DNA of 64,000 nt from Scyliorhinus canicula (GCF_902713615.1 NC_052174.1:10782514-10846513), one strand, 5' to 3'; positions 25,590 to 38,769 are shown, numbered from the stretch's first letter. The notes: a model not told the origin generated them from the letters alone. Numbers and translations are program-made.

Positions 25590-26940
25590 CGGGCCGCATG
25601 TGGAAAATAAACTGTCTTTGTGCAGCGGGTGCTTTGGGTGGGGGCTATGCTCGGCGTAGCTCGGAGTCGGGCACTTGCTTCGGGAGTCCTGCGTCGGGCA
25701 CACGGGCAATGTGGCCTACCCGTCACAGCTGGTCGAGCGTGCCCCGATACCTGGGATGTCGGCCTGGGAGAGGACGCTGACGTGGCTACGCCAGTGGAAC
25801 TGCAGCATTTTGCGGAGGCAGCGTTGGTGATATCTCTCCAAGGATTTGAAGTGCCTGCTGTCCATTTTTCTGATACATGCAGGAGGGCGTGGACCATGGC
25901 TGCTCTGTAGACCATGGGCTTGCTGCTGGGTTTGAGATCTCGATCTTCGAATACTGTTCCTCAGGCAGCTGAAGACTGCACTGGCGCATTGGAGTCAATG
26001 TTGGATTTTGGCGTCAATGTCTGCTTGCACCAAAACCCAGGTATGGGAAATGATCCACATTCTCCAAAGGCTCATCGTGGATCTTGATGCAATTTTGCAT
26101 GGCAGGAGCAGCCTGGTAGAGAATCTTTGTTTTCCCGATATTCAGTCTGAGGCCCACTCTCTCATATGCCTCGGTGAATGTGTCAACGATGGTTTGTAGC
26201 TCGGTCTCTGAATGTCGATTGCGCCTGGCCTGCAGGTATTGGAGGTTTACCTGTTTCCAACTTGCTTGGTAGGTTAGCTGCAGGGAGCTTCAGCTGGGAT
26301 GTATCAAAGGCTGTGTCTTGATTGAGGAGGTCATCAAAGTGCTCTCTCCAGCAGCGTTGACTGCCTCTCTGTCTTTAATGAGTGCCTCTACGGTTTTGGT
26401 TCTCAGTGGGGCGGATCCTCGGGTACTCGCAACATCGATGGTTTTGATGGTGCTGAAGAAACTGCGCACATTGTGACTGTTGGTGAGTTGCTGAGTCTCC
26501 TGTGCTCTTTCTACTCACCATCTGATCTTTAGGTCGCAGGTTCCTTGTTGCACCTCGGCCTTCAGTTGCCTGTAGGCTGTTCTCACTTGAACTTTGGTGG
26601 AGCTGCCAGTTCAGGAACACCTTGCGGTCAAGGAGATTCTGTATCTCCTGATCTTTCTCGTTGCACCTGATCAAGAACCCGAATGTCTCCTCGCAGGTGC
26701 TGACTATGGTGGATTTTAATGCGAACCAGACGCTGTGGATGTTCTGTGGCTCTGGCTCATTGGTTGTCGCCAGGTTAGCTGTGAGGCGGCGGCTGAGGAA
26801 CTCTTTCCTCTTGGGATCCTTCAGTCGAGCAACATTGAATCTTCTGCGGCAGAGTTTCTTTGGCCTGTGTTGTTTTGGGGCCATGGAGATGGAAGAGCAG
26901 ATTAGTTGGTGGTCAGTCCTGCAGTCGTCAGTTCTGGTCA
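25590..26940 (-). mobile_element. Degenerate RTE-clade LINE
   Basis: VYRAAMVHALLHVSEKWT and DCRTDHQLI..RRRFNVARLKDP motifs. Confidence 0.75.
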
Positions 26941-27812
26941 TGGCCATTCGGTCCATCAGGTCTGCACCGACCCTTTGAATGAGCACTCTATCCATGTCCA
27001 CTCCCTTCTATCTCTGTAACCCCATAACATAAATGGCACCACCCTGGACACCTAGGGGCAACTTGGCACATTTAGAACATAGAACAGTACAGCACAGAAC
27101 AGGCCCTTCGGCCCTCAATTTTGTGCCGAGCCATGATCACCCTACTCAAACCCACGTATCCACCCTATACCCGTAACCCAACAACCCCCCCCTCAACCTT
27201 ACTTGCACTACAGGCAATTTAGCATGGCCAATCCACCTAACCCGCACATCTTTGGACTGTGGGAGGAAACCGGAGAACCCGGAGGAAACCCACGCACACA
27301 GGGGGAGGACGTGCAGACTCCACACAGACAGTGACCCAGCCGGGAATCGAACCTGGGACCCTGGAGCTGTGAAGCATTTATGCTAACCACCATGCTACCC
27401 TGCTGCCCCTGAGACAATGGAAACCGCTCTGATTGTTTCAAGCTAAGGGATAGAGCTGAAATAGAACATAGAACAGTACAGCACAGAACAGGCCCTTCGG
27501 CCCTCGATGTTGTGCCTTGCAATGATCACCCTACTCAAACCCACATATCTACCCTATACCCGTAACCCAACAACCCCCCCCTTAACCTTACTTTTTTTAG
27601 GACACTACGGGCAATTTAGCATGGCCAATCCACCTAACCTGCATATCTTTGGACTATGGGAGGAAACCGGAGCACTCGGAGGAAACCCACGCAGACACGG
27701 GGAGATCGTGCAAACTCCACACACACACACACACACACAGTGACCCAAGGTCGGATTCGAAGCCAGGTCCCTGGCGCTGTTGGGCAGCGGTGCTAACCAC
27801 TGTGCCACCGTA
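26940..27812 (-). mobile_element. Cluster of three HE1-type SINEs (one partial)
   Basis: Copies at 26940-27065, 27073-27408 and 27462-27812; the last has an internal (CA)n. Confidence 0.88.
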
Positions 27813-28040
27813 CAGGTTAGTAAAGAGTGATGTTTAAGATGGGAAGTAAATGAGCAATGGGAGGGTCTCATAGAGAGATCGTTCAGGTACACACGAGGCC
27901 CGTTCCCACAATGGGGGCTTCGGGGGGAAGGTTGCTGTTTCACCGTCACAATCCCAGTGCAGATTGGCAATCTTACTCCCACACTCTAATCGCCGACTAC
28001 CTCATATTTCCAATGAGTGAAACTTGAAGCAGGAACTTTG

Positions 28041-28080
28041 TGACTCAGAGGCTAGAGTGCGACCAATCAAACCACAGCTG
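28041..28080 (+). promoter_or_regulatory. Candidate promoter of copy A (AP-1 TGACTCA, CCAAT, AACCACA, E-box CAGCTG)
   Basis: Motif cluster about 300 bp upstream of the predicted ATG; all motifs are retained in copy B. Confidence 0.45.
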
Positions 28081-28383
28081 ACACTGTGCCTGAAGGCTAC
28101 CAACCCGACAAATTAGTTCAATCCCTCCCCACACATAGCCACATGCAAATGTCACCCATAAAGTTGCAAATAGGACAGCTTTCGGATATGTGAAGGCAGT
28201 CAGGCAGTTTCTGTTCACCTCCATGTTGAAGGGTCTGCTGTGGCACGTCTCGATTCTGTCTCCTACTTTGACGGAGGAATTCCCGCCGTGTGTGAGGGAA
28301 AATCCCAACATCCAACTCTCTTCCACCAGTTGGGTTGTTCTGATCAGTATCTGTAACACAGGCAGAACCAGGACTCCAGAAAT

Positions 28384-28412
28384 ATGGGTCTGTCTCTCTC
28401 GACTTGTAACAG
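28384..28412 (+). CDS. NAT16-like copy A, predicted first coding exon (MGLSLSTCN-R)
   Basis: aatATGG Kozak context, AG|gtaac donor, phase 2. Conserved in copy B with only a synonymous CTG/CTA change. Confidence 0.6.
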
Positions 28413-29699
28413 GTAACAATAATAATAATTGCTTATTGTCACAAGTAGGCTTCAATGAAGTTACTGTGAAAAGCCCCTAGTCGCCACAATCCGGCACCTG
28501 TTCGGGGAGGCTGGTACGGGAATTGAACCTGCGCTGCTGGCTTTGTTCTGTGTTACAAGCCAGCTGTTTAGCCCCGCTGTGCTAAAACAGCCCCTTAACC
28601 AGTTGTTCTGCCTGAACTGTTTCTATCAGTCCCTCTGCTAACTTTATAAACTCATCGTGTGTCAATGATTGAGATATTTAATGAACTCAGTCTCACAACA
28701 GATGATCTGTGGATTAAAACTTTCATTTTTACTGTGTAAATGAAGGAATCCTGAATTTTGCAAGTATAATTATTTGTACTGAAATGTTCATACCTGTGCA
28801 ATCATTTTTTACTTTAAACTTTAATTTTAATGACTGTCCATAACTATGTTGTGAATGATGAATTCTTGTTTTCTTTGTATCCTCACCACCATCTGGCACT
28901 TGACACGATGATGACGGCCGTCCATCATTCTGTTTGTCTCTTTGCTATCCTTTATCTATTTATCTCTCTCTCTCTCTCTATCGACTGTCTATCTCTGTCT
29001 CTCTATCTATCTATTAAACTCCCAGGAAGAGGAGGTGTGTGTTTGTCCGCAGTAACTGACTCTTGTACGATTGGTTTGAGACCCGCTTGTTTTTTCCGTG
29101 ACTTAAATGATTCGATGTGAAAGAGCAGCTGCTCCCTGAAGCATCTGAGTCCCGGGTGGAGGGGGAGGGGGCGGGGGAAGGTTAGGTAGGGACAGAGCAG
29201 CAACTCTCTAAACTCCCTCATCCTGACATTTCTCACCACTCGGAAGCTGTGTAAAGGCCAGCCCAAAATCAAATTATATCCAACAATCAAACTGCTCAAT
29301 AATTCCCCTTCGGCGGCTAATTCATGGTTTGTTCCGTAGTCACCGCCGACACCAACATGGCCGCCAGCTCTTTGCTGCTGTCAATATGACCATTAAAAGG
29401 GAGTCGGGGCCTCTCCCCCCTGACCTGGGGGTCCTGCTGCCCCCATGTTACACTGAACGACCACTCAGGGTTAAAATTAATTAACACCTGGTAAGTGGCA
29501 GACAGAATGTGAAAAACAGAGAGGTGTGGACCCAGGAAAAGGTCTCTACATTCAAAACCAGTTTAATCACATTTCACTACAGTTGCAACCCATGCTTTGC
29601 ATAAAAGATATTTGAAATTCAGGTTATTCTGCCTGGATGTTTACCCCACCCCTGAGTCAGAAGGGCCTCTCCTGAAACCTGAGCATATAATCCAAGCTC

Positions 29700-29885
29700 T
29701 GACCCTCCTGTGCTACACTGAGAGAGTGCAGCACGGTCAGAGACACTATTTGAGGGTGTGATGTTAACGGGAGTCCCGTTCGCCCTCTCAGGTGGATGTA
29801 AGTGTCCCTCGGTCAATATTTAAAGAGTCGATCCGTTCTCCTGGTGCCCTGAGAAAAACTTGTTACTCAACAACCTCACTGGAGA
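29700..29885 (+). mobile_element. Deu-domain SINE remnant shared by both duplication units (paralog 47075-47240)
   Basis: gagtgcagcac..gtcagag...gccctctcaggtggatgtaa core. Confidence 0.6.
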
Positions 29886-29952
29886 AATATGTTTCCATTT
29901 AATTTGGCTTCTCCTGTTCTGTCATCCCATTCCCACACCCACCTGAATCCAG

Positions 29953-30046
29953 GGCGATGAGGTCTTCTGCGATCCACAGTTACCTGAGAGCACCAGGCAG
30001 GCGACCGATGGGGAGGCCCGGAGTGAGGAGCTATATGACCAGACAG
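29953..30046 (+). CDS. NAT16-like copy A, predicted exon 2 (AMRSSAIHSYLRAPGRRPMGRPGVRSYMTRQ)
   Basis: Pyrimidine-rich tract ending tccag; CAG|gtgggt donor; 94 nt, phase 2 to 0. Joins exon 1 to exon 3 in frame in both copies. Confidence 0.55.
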
Positions 30047-31529
30047 GTGGGTAGTGTGAGCTGCTCTCCCAGACGCTTTTTAACTCAACTGTCCACCTCG
30101 TGACCCAGACGTGATCAACCAAATGAAAATGGTGTCCAAATCCCAGCACCGCACTTCGGGAGGGACGTAGAGGATTCAGAGAGTGTGGGGTAAAGATTGA
30201 CGAGAATGTTTCCGGGGATGTGGGATTTCAGACACAGTGGAGAGGCTGGGATTGTTGGTGGAGAAGAGAGGTTTATGGGGAGGTTTGAGCAAGGTGTTTC
30301 AAAACCATGAGGGGGTCTGAACGTAGTCGAGGTGGAAAAACTGCTCCCATTGGTGGTTAGATCGGAAACCAGAGGGATTGGTAAAAGAACCAGAGGTGAC
30401 AAGAGGAAAACATTTTTACTCAGTGAGTCATTAGGAATGCACAGCCTGAGAGTGTGGAGGAAGCAGATTCAATAGTGGTGTCCAAAAGGGAACTGGATGA
30501 ACACCTAAAGGGAAAAGATTTGCAACATTAGAGGGAACTGTTGTGGGAGGGGGACTAGCTGAGTGGGTCCTGTACAGAGCCAGTGGGGACATGGTGTTCA
30601 TTCTGTCTTTTGACAGCCATGCTGCATAAGTTTCAGGTTTTGATCAACTCCAACAAAACAGAGCCATTCTTCCTTGACATTCAATGGCATCACCATCACT
30701 GAATTCCCCAATTATCAATATCCTGGAGGTTTACAACTGCGTAACATTTATCAGCACCAGCTATATAAATACCAGGGCTATGAAAGCAGTCCAGTGGCTG
30801 GGAATCTGAGGAGAGTAACTCACCCCTGACTCCCAAGGTCCTGTCCATCGTCTACATGGCAAAATTGAGGGGTGCGATGGAAAACTCTCCATCTCCCTGG
30901 ATGAGTTTAGAGTAAAAGAGGCAGCGACAACATGCATATGAAATTGGTCAAGTGACAGGAGGCACAGTGGAGTTGTTAAAAGATGTATTTTCCCGCTGGA
31001 GGAAGGTCAGATGTCAATTTCTACAGGGACCTTTGCTTTTCCCGATCTATATTAACGACCTCGACTTTGGCACAATTTCAGGGTTTGCGGATGAGACAAA
31101 ACTTGGAAGAGTCGTGACCTGTGAGGAAGATAGCGGAGAATGTCAAAGTGACACAGTAAAGTTGGTGGAATGGGCAGATCCTACCGTTCAGTCTCTTCCT
31201 GGTTGTGTTGCTTCCTAAAGGTCACCTCCTCCAGCCTGACATCCCTCCAGGAAATCTCTGTTCCTGCAACCTGAGGCCTCTTGTCCATCTCCTCATCCTC
31301 TGCCCCACTATTGGTGACTGTGCCTCCATCATCCCGCCACTTTCCCCTTACCTCCTTTAGGAACATCTTTGAAAACCTACCTCTTTGTCCAATCTCCTCC
31401 TCCTAAAGCATCCGTCTATGTTTTCCTTGATGACCTTGGGTGGGGGTGGGGGGGGGGGGGGTGGGGGGGGGGGGGGGTGGGGGGGGGGGGTGGGGGGGGG
31501 GGGGGGGAGGAGGTGCGGTAATAGCTCAA

Positions 31530-32208
31530 GCAGTTGGGGAGGGTTGAGATTAATTTGGTGGCGTGATGGAAACCTAAGTAAGGATTCAGAGTAGGGGGAA
31601 GCCAGAACAAGAGAAAAAGACAGCAAGGCGAATAAGCAAAGTGATAGGCAGAGAAATCAAGGGCCTGTGTCAGATAATGACACTAAGAAAATAGTAGGGA
31701 TGGGACAAGGAATGTAGAAAGGACTAGCCTTAAGGTTTTGTACCTGAATGAGTGGAGCAGTCAAAATAAAATGGATGAATTAGTTGTGCAAATAGATGTA
31801 AAGGGGTATGATATGGTTGTGATACGGAGACATGGCTCCAAAGTGACCAAGGATGGGAACTAAACATTGAGGGTTATCCAGTTTTTAGTAAGGACACACA
31901 GAAAGGACAAGGTGGTGGTGTTGCATTGTTGATGAAAGAAGGTATTGATACAATATTCAGGGAAGATATTAGCACAGCTCATGTGGAATCTATCTAGGAC
32001 TAGTTACGAAACACCAAGGGGCAAAAAACATTCGTAGGGGTGGTATACAAACCACCAAACTGCAGCGGTAATGTTGGGAATAGCATTAGACAGGAAATCA
32101 GAGATTCATGTGATAAATGGATGAGATGACTCTGCATATTGATTGGATGAGTTAAATTAGTCAGACAAATAGAGGAAGAATTTCAGGATTGTATCAATAG
32201 ATGGTTTT
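31530..32208 (+). mobile_element. CR1 endonuclease-region fragment
   Basis: TETWL, GGGVALL and GVVYKPP-like motifs with stops. Confidence 0.75.
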
Positions 32209-32209
32209 A

Positions 32210-35200
32210 TATAAGAACGCGGAGCAGGAGTAGACCATCTGGCCCTTCGAGCCTGCTCTGCCATTCAATGAGATCATGGCTGATCTTTTGTGGACTCAGC
32301 TCCACTTTCCCGCCCGAACACCATAACCCTTAATCCCTTTATTCTTCAAAAAACGATCTATCTTTATCTTGAAAACATTCAATGAAGAAGCCTCAACTGC
32401 TTCACTGGGCAGGGAATTCCATAGATTCACAACCCTTTGGGTGAAGAAGTTCCTCCTAAACTCAGTCCTAAATCTACTTCCCCTTATTTTGAGGCTATGC
32501 CCCCTAGTTCTGCCTTCACCCGCCAGTGGAAACAACCTCCCCGCATCTATCCTATCTATTTCCTTCATAATTATATATGTTTCTGTAAGATCCCCCCCGC
32601 ACCCTTCTAAATTCCAATGAGTACAGTCCCAGTCTACTCAACCTCTCCTCGTAATCCAACCCCCTCAACTCTGGGATTAACCTCGTGAATCTCCTCTGCA
32701 AACCCTCCAGCGCCAGTACATCCTTTCTTAGGTAAGGAGACTAAAACTGAACACAATACTCCAGGTGTGGCCTCATTAACACCTTATACAATTGCAGCAT
32801 AACCTCCCTAGTCTTAAACTCCATCCCTCTAGCAATGAAGGCCAAAACTCCATTTGCCTTCATCATCACCTGTACACTAATGTTTTGCGACTCATGCACT
32901 AGGACACCCAGATGCCTCTGCACAGCGGCATGTTTTAATATTTTATCATTAAAATAATAAACCCTTTTGCTGCTATTCCTACTTAAATGGATAACCTCAC
33001 ATTTGTCAACATTGTACTCCATCTGCCAAACCCTGCCCATTCACTTAAACTCTCCAAATCCCTCTGCAGACTTCCAGTATCCTCTGCACTTTTTGCTTTA
33101 CCACTCATCTTAGTGTCGTCTGAAAACTTGGACACATTGCACTTGGTCCCCAACTCCAAATCATCTATGTAAATTGTGAATAATTGTGGGCCCAACACTG
33201 ATCCCTGAGGAACACCACTAGCTACATTGCCAACCAGAGAAACACCCATTAATCCCCACTCTGCTTTCTATTAATTAACCAATTCTCTATCCATGCTACT
33301 ACTTTACCCTTAATGCCATGCAATTTTATCTTATGCAGCAACCTTTGTGTGGCACCTTGTCAAAGGCTTTCTGGAAATCCAGGTATACCACATCCATTGG
33401 CTCCCCGTCGTCTACCGCACTGGAAATTTCCTCAAAAAATTCCACTAAAGTAGTTAGTCACGACCTGCCCTTTATGAACCCATGCTGCATCTGTCCAATG
33501 GGATAATTTCCATCCAGATGCCTCGCTATTTCTTCCTTGATGATAGATTCCAGCATCTTCCCGACTACCGAAGTTAAGCTAACTGGCCTAGAATTACCCG
33601 TTTTCTGCCTACCTCCTTTTTTAAACAGTGTTGTCACGTTTGCTAATTTCCAATCCGCCGGGACCACCCCTAAGTCTAGTAAATTTTTGGAAAATATCAC
33701 TAGTGTATTTGCAATTTCCCTAACCATCTCTTTTAATACTCTGGGATGCATTCCATCAGGGCCAGGAGACTTGTCTACTTTTAGCCTCATTAGCATCACT
33801 ACCTCCTTAGTGATAACAATCGTCTCAAGATCCTCACCTGTCATAGCCTCATTTCTATCAGTCACTGGCATGTTATTTGTGTCTTCCACTGTGAAGACCC
33901 ACCCAAAAAACTTGTTCAGTTCCTCAGCCATTTACATAGAATTTACAGTGCAGAAGGAGGCCATTCGGCCCATCGAGTCTGCACCGGCTCCTGGAAAGAG
34001 CACCCTACCCAAGGATAACACCTCCACCCTATCCCCAGAACCCAGTAACCCCACCCAACACTAAGGGCAATTTTTGGACACTAAGGGCAATTTATCATGG
34101 CCAATCCACCTAACCTGCACATCTTTGGACTGTGGGAGGAAACCGGAGCACCCGGAGGAAACCCACGCACACACGGGGAGGATGTGCAGACCGGTCCGCA
34201 CAGACAGTGACCCAAGCCTGAATCGAACCTGGGACCCTGGAGCTGTGAAGCGATTGTGCTATCCACAATGCTACCGTGCTGTCATCTCCCATTATTAAAT
34301 CTCCCTTCTCATCCTCTGAAGGACCAATATTTACCTTAGCCACTCTTTTTTGTTTTATATATTTGTAGAAACTTTTACTATCTGTTTTTATATTCTGAGC
34401 AAGTTTACTCTCATAATCTATCTTACTCTTCTTTATAGCTTTATTAGTATCTTTCTGTTGCCCCTAAAGATTTCCCAATCCTCTTGTCTCCCATTAATCT
34501 TTGCCACTTTGTATGCTTTTTCCTTCAATTTGATACTCTCCCTTATTTCCTTAGCTACCACAGTCGATTTTCCCTCTTTCTACCGTCCTTCCTTTTTGTA
34601 GGTATAAACGTTTGCTGGGCACTGTGAAATATCACATGGAAGGTTCTCCCCTGTTCCTCAACTGTTTCACCATAAAGCTTTTGCTCCCAGTCTACCGTAG
34701 CCAGTTCTTCTCTCATCCCATTGTAATCTTCTTTGTTTAAGCACAAAGCACTAGTGTTTGATTTTACCTGCTCACCCTCCATCTGTATTTTAAATTCCAC
34801 CATATTGTGATCACTCCTTCCAAGAGGATCCCTAACTATGAGATCATTAATCAATCCTGTCTTATTACACAGGACCAGATCTAGGACTGCTTGTTCCCTC
34901 GTAGGTTCCATTACATACTCTTCTAAGAAACTATCGTGGATACATTCTGTAAACTCCTCCTCAAGGCTGCCTTGACTGACCTGGTTCAACCAATTGACAT
35001 GTAGATTAAAATCCCCCATGATAACTGCTGTACCATTTCTACATGCATCAGTTATTTGTTGGTTCATTGCCCTCCCCACCGTAATGTTACTATTTGGTGG
35101 CCTATAGACTACTCCTATCAGTGACTTTTCACTTTACTATTCCTGATTTCCACCCAAATGGATTCAACCTTATCCTCCATAGCACCGATGTCATCCCTTA

Positions 35201-35392
35201 CTACTGCCCGGATGTCATCCTTAAATAACAGAGCTACACCATCTCCCTCACCATCCACTCTATCCTTCCGAATAGTTTGATATCCTTGTACATATAACTC
35301 CCAGTCGTGACCATCATTTAACCATGTTTCAGTATTGGCCACTAAATCATAGTCATTCATGATGATTTGCGCTATCAACTCATTTACCTTAT
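32210..35392 (-). mobile_element. Long CR1 ORF2 (APE + RT) with frameshifts and an HE1 SINE insertion at 33934-34281
   Basis: MGDFN, SDHNMV, KSPGPDG, RPVSLTS, GVPQGSVLGP, FSDDTK, RPHLEYCVQF and RRNFFTQRVV motifs. Confidence 0.95.
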
Positions 35393-36635
35393 CTGGTAAG
35401 GTAAGAGGTGAGAGGATTTGAGTATAGGAATAGAGATATTTTACTGCAATTGTATTAATCATAGATCATAGAATTTACAGTGCAGAAGGAGGCCATTCGG
35501 CCCATCGAGTCTGCACCGGCTCCTGGAAAGAGCACCCTCCCTGAGGTCAACACCTCCACCCTATCCCCATAACCCAGTAACCCCACCCAACACTAAGTGC
35601 AATTTTGGACACAAAGGGCAATTTATCATGTCCAATCCACCTAACTTGCACATCTTTGGACTGTGGGAGGAAACCGGAGCACCCGGAGGAAACCCACGCA
35701 CACACCGGGAGGACGTGCAGACTCCACACAGACAGTGACCCAAGCCAGAATCGAACCTGGGACCCTAGAGCTGTGAAGCGATTGTGCTATCCACAATGCT
35801 ACCGTGCTGCCCTATAGGGCATTGATGAAGCCAGTAGAGGATATTGTATGCAGTTTTGGTCTCCTTATCTGATGACGGATGTTCTTGTTGTAGAGGGAGT
35901 ACAGCGAAGGTTTACCAGGCTGATTCCTGGGATGGCGGGACTGTCATATGAGGAGAGACTAAGTCAGTTAGGATTATATTCATTGGAGTTTAGAAAAGTG
36001 ATAGAGGATCTCATAGAAACTTGTAAAAGTCTCACAGGGTTATACAGGGTTGATTCAGAAAGAATGTTCCCAATGATGGTGGTGGGGGGGGGGGGGGGGG
36101 GGGGGGGGGGGGTGGCGGGGGGTGGGTGGCGTCGAGTACTGCTTTCTTTGGTAATGAATGCCACAGATTCGCCTCTCTCTGGGTGAAGAAATTTGAAAAT
36201 GGTTATAGTTTGAGGATAAAGGGTAAACCTTTTACAACTGATGTGATGATCAAGCAGGCCAGCAGGACGGTTCGATTCCCGAAACAGCCTCCCCGAACAG
36301 GCGCCAGAATGTGGCGACTAGGGGCTTTTCACAGTAACTTCATTTGAAGCTTACTCGTGACAATAAGCGATTTTCATTTTTTCATTTCATTTTCAAATTT
36401 CATCACCCAGAGAGAGGCGAATCTGTGGCATTCATTACCAAAGAAAGTAGTTGAGGCTAAAACGTGTAATTTCAAGAAGGAATTAGAGACAGCTCTTGGG
36501 GCGAAAGAGATCAAGGGCTTATGGGTGGAAGGCAAGATCAGTGTCTTGAACGTGATGAGCAGCCATGATCATAATGAATGATGGAGCAGGCTAGAGGGGA
36601 TGAATGGCATCCTCCTGCTTCTGTTTTCTATGTAG
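35393..36635 (+). mobile_element. CR1 3' fragment with nested SINEs (35460-35812 on -, 36250-36392 on +)
   Basis: QFWSPYL and [11 protein letters not shown] motifs; CR1 tail. Confidence 0.85.
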
Positions 36636-36914
36636 GTTTCAGTGTTGGTTCTTGCCCAGTTGTGCCCCCGGGCAGTTGTTTGGATTGTGTTTCTCAGTGA
36701 ATGTCGCCCTCTGATAATTGTTGCTGTTAATGTTTGTTGACTCAATCCTCACCCAGTGGCCCAGGCAATGATGTAACAAGTTTCAATAAACTGGGCACTT
36801 TGTGCCTCCGTGCCAGGCAACTCCTGAGGCCCTGGTTCATCACATTCCATCTGAAATTTAAAATCTAAACGTTCGACAGTGATCTTAATCTTTCTCCTTT
36901 GTCGATCTGTCAAG

Positions 36915-37076
36915 TACTCTAAGTCGGACCTGGATTTTGACCTGGCTACAGAGAAGGATTTCAGACAGGTTGAGTCCCTTTTCAGCGATGAGACAGATTA
37001 CATACCGAGCATCTACCATTCCTGGCTTCGAGAGAGAAACCGCGTGGTCGTTCTGGCCAAACGTCAGGGTCAAGTG
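36915..37076 (+). CDS. NAT16: NAT16/HISAT-like copy A, GNAT exon (YSKSDLDFDLATEKDF...DYIPSIYHSWLRERNRVVVLAKRQGQV)
   Basis: 162 nt open, GTG|gtgagt donor. LDF..ATE..F and DY.PS.YHSWL....VVLAKR motifs match recalled NAT16. Confidence 0.9.
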
Positions 37077-37314
37077 GTGAGTTCTGTTGAAATCAGAGGC
37101 CGATTCACTTTTCAAATTGTGGAAATTGTCATGTTCAAAATCCTTTGCATTTTGCATCAATTCATCTGAGTTCACATTCTCTTATTACCATTTACTATAA
37201 TCTACACACAATGCAAATGAAGGTGAAATCACTGTGAAATCAGTAATAAACACATCAATGTGTGTGAGGGATTTCTCTCTGCGGTCAGAGGTATGTCCCA
37301 GTATCTTTACGGTG

Positions 37315-37472
37315 AGCACAGTAAGAAGTCTTACAACACCAGGTTAAAGTCCAACAGGTTTATTTCAAACACGAGCTTTCGGAGCACTGCTCCTTCCTCA
37401 GGTGAACTTAACCTGGTGTTGTAAGACTTCTTACTGTGCTTACCCCAGTAGAACGCTGGCATCTCCACATCA
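37315..37472. mobile_element. Penelope-type terminal fragment in inverted configuration with a 13-bp flanking duplication
   Basis: 32-bp inverted repeat gcacagtaagaagtcttacaacaccaggttaa; TATCTTTACGGTG at 37302-37314 and 37473-37485. A related fragment is at 24401-24495. Confidence 0.7.
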
Positions 37473-38769
37473 TATCTTTACGGTGGGAGAATTCAGTTGG
37501 AAGACGATGGGAGATGTTTAGATTCTCTCTTGTTGGACATGGTCGCTGTGTGACACTTGATTGCACTCATGTTACATGCCCCTTATGATCCCAAGTCTGA
37601 ACGTCGTCCAGGTCTTGCTTCCTCCACGGACAAGCTGCTTCAGCGCGTAAGGATTGGGGAATGTTTTTTAAGTCTTGAATGTAAATTGATAAGAGCAGTG
37701 GTGATGGAGGTCTACAGCACAGAAAAGGACCTTCGGCCCATCACGTCTGTGTCTGGGCCCAGTCTTGAAACCTGGGGAGTAGCACTCCTTCTCCATTCTG
37801 AAATAGAACCGTTCGCCACAAATCTATATTTTCCGTCCCCGAGCCAAATCTGTATTCATTTTGTTATTGAACCAATTTATTCAATAGGTTTCACCACTGT
37901 GAACATCCTGGGAGTTATAAATAGAGAATTATACTGGGAATGAGCAAGTTAAGGTGGTTACCTTTTAAATCGCTGGTTAGGCCTCAGCTGGAGAATTGGG
38001 CCCAATTCTGCGCACCGTGTTGGAGGAAGTTATGGAGAAGGTGCCGAGGAGATTCATATGGAATTTGGAGATGTGGGATTTAGGTTAAAAGTAGGTCCTG
38101 GAAACAGCTGGGGGTACCCGCCTTTGAGCAAAGCAGATTGACGGGGAGAATAAAGAGAGATTTAAAAATTTATCAAGCGATTTGATAAGGGCGAATGAGG
38201 AAAAGCTGATTTGCAATGATTGAATGATCAGTAACCAGAGGTTTTGAAGTGAAGTTCATTGTCTGGAGAGCCAGCTGTGAGGGGAGGGGCGATTCTTTTG
38301 AAGTAACAGATTGTTATGATCTGGAACACGTCGTCTGAAAGGCCAATGGAAGCAGGTTCAATCGGAAGATCCAAACGGAATTCAGATACCTGCTTAAAAG
38401 GGAGAATAGCAGAGCTGTGGAGAAAGAGTAGAGCAACGAGACAACTCCCCGAGCTGGCAGAGGCACGATGGTCTGAACGGCCTCCTTCTGTATGGTTGGA
38501 TTCTATGAGCTTCCATTTCTCACTGTGGGTTGGCTTTTATTTAAAAACAAATGGCCCGTAAAAATCCTGGAAGTCAAAAACTTGTATTACGAGCCCAGAC
38601 TCCGACCCCAAGAGTGGCTCGGTTTCTGGAGAGAAACCCAATATTTTATTTCAATTTTGGAAGACTGCAAGGAAAGGATTCCTCGCTCCATAAGACATAG
38701 GAGCAGAATTAGGCCATTCGGCCCATCGAGTCTGCTCTGCCATTCAATGATGGCTGATATTTCTTGATG

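Noticed and set aside
29100-29180. Possible extra coding exon (FDVKEQLLPEASESRVE) with donor, also at 46441-46511
   Set aside because: Preceded by an in-frame stop in both copies, no acceptor AG in copy A, and phase incompatible with the model.
31439-31510. Long G tracts as functional G-quadruplexes (also 13793, 14074, 36083, 45523)
   Set aside because: Mostly within repeats, and homopolymer lengths are unreliable in assemblies.
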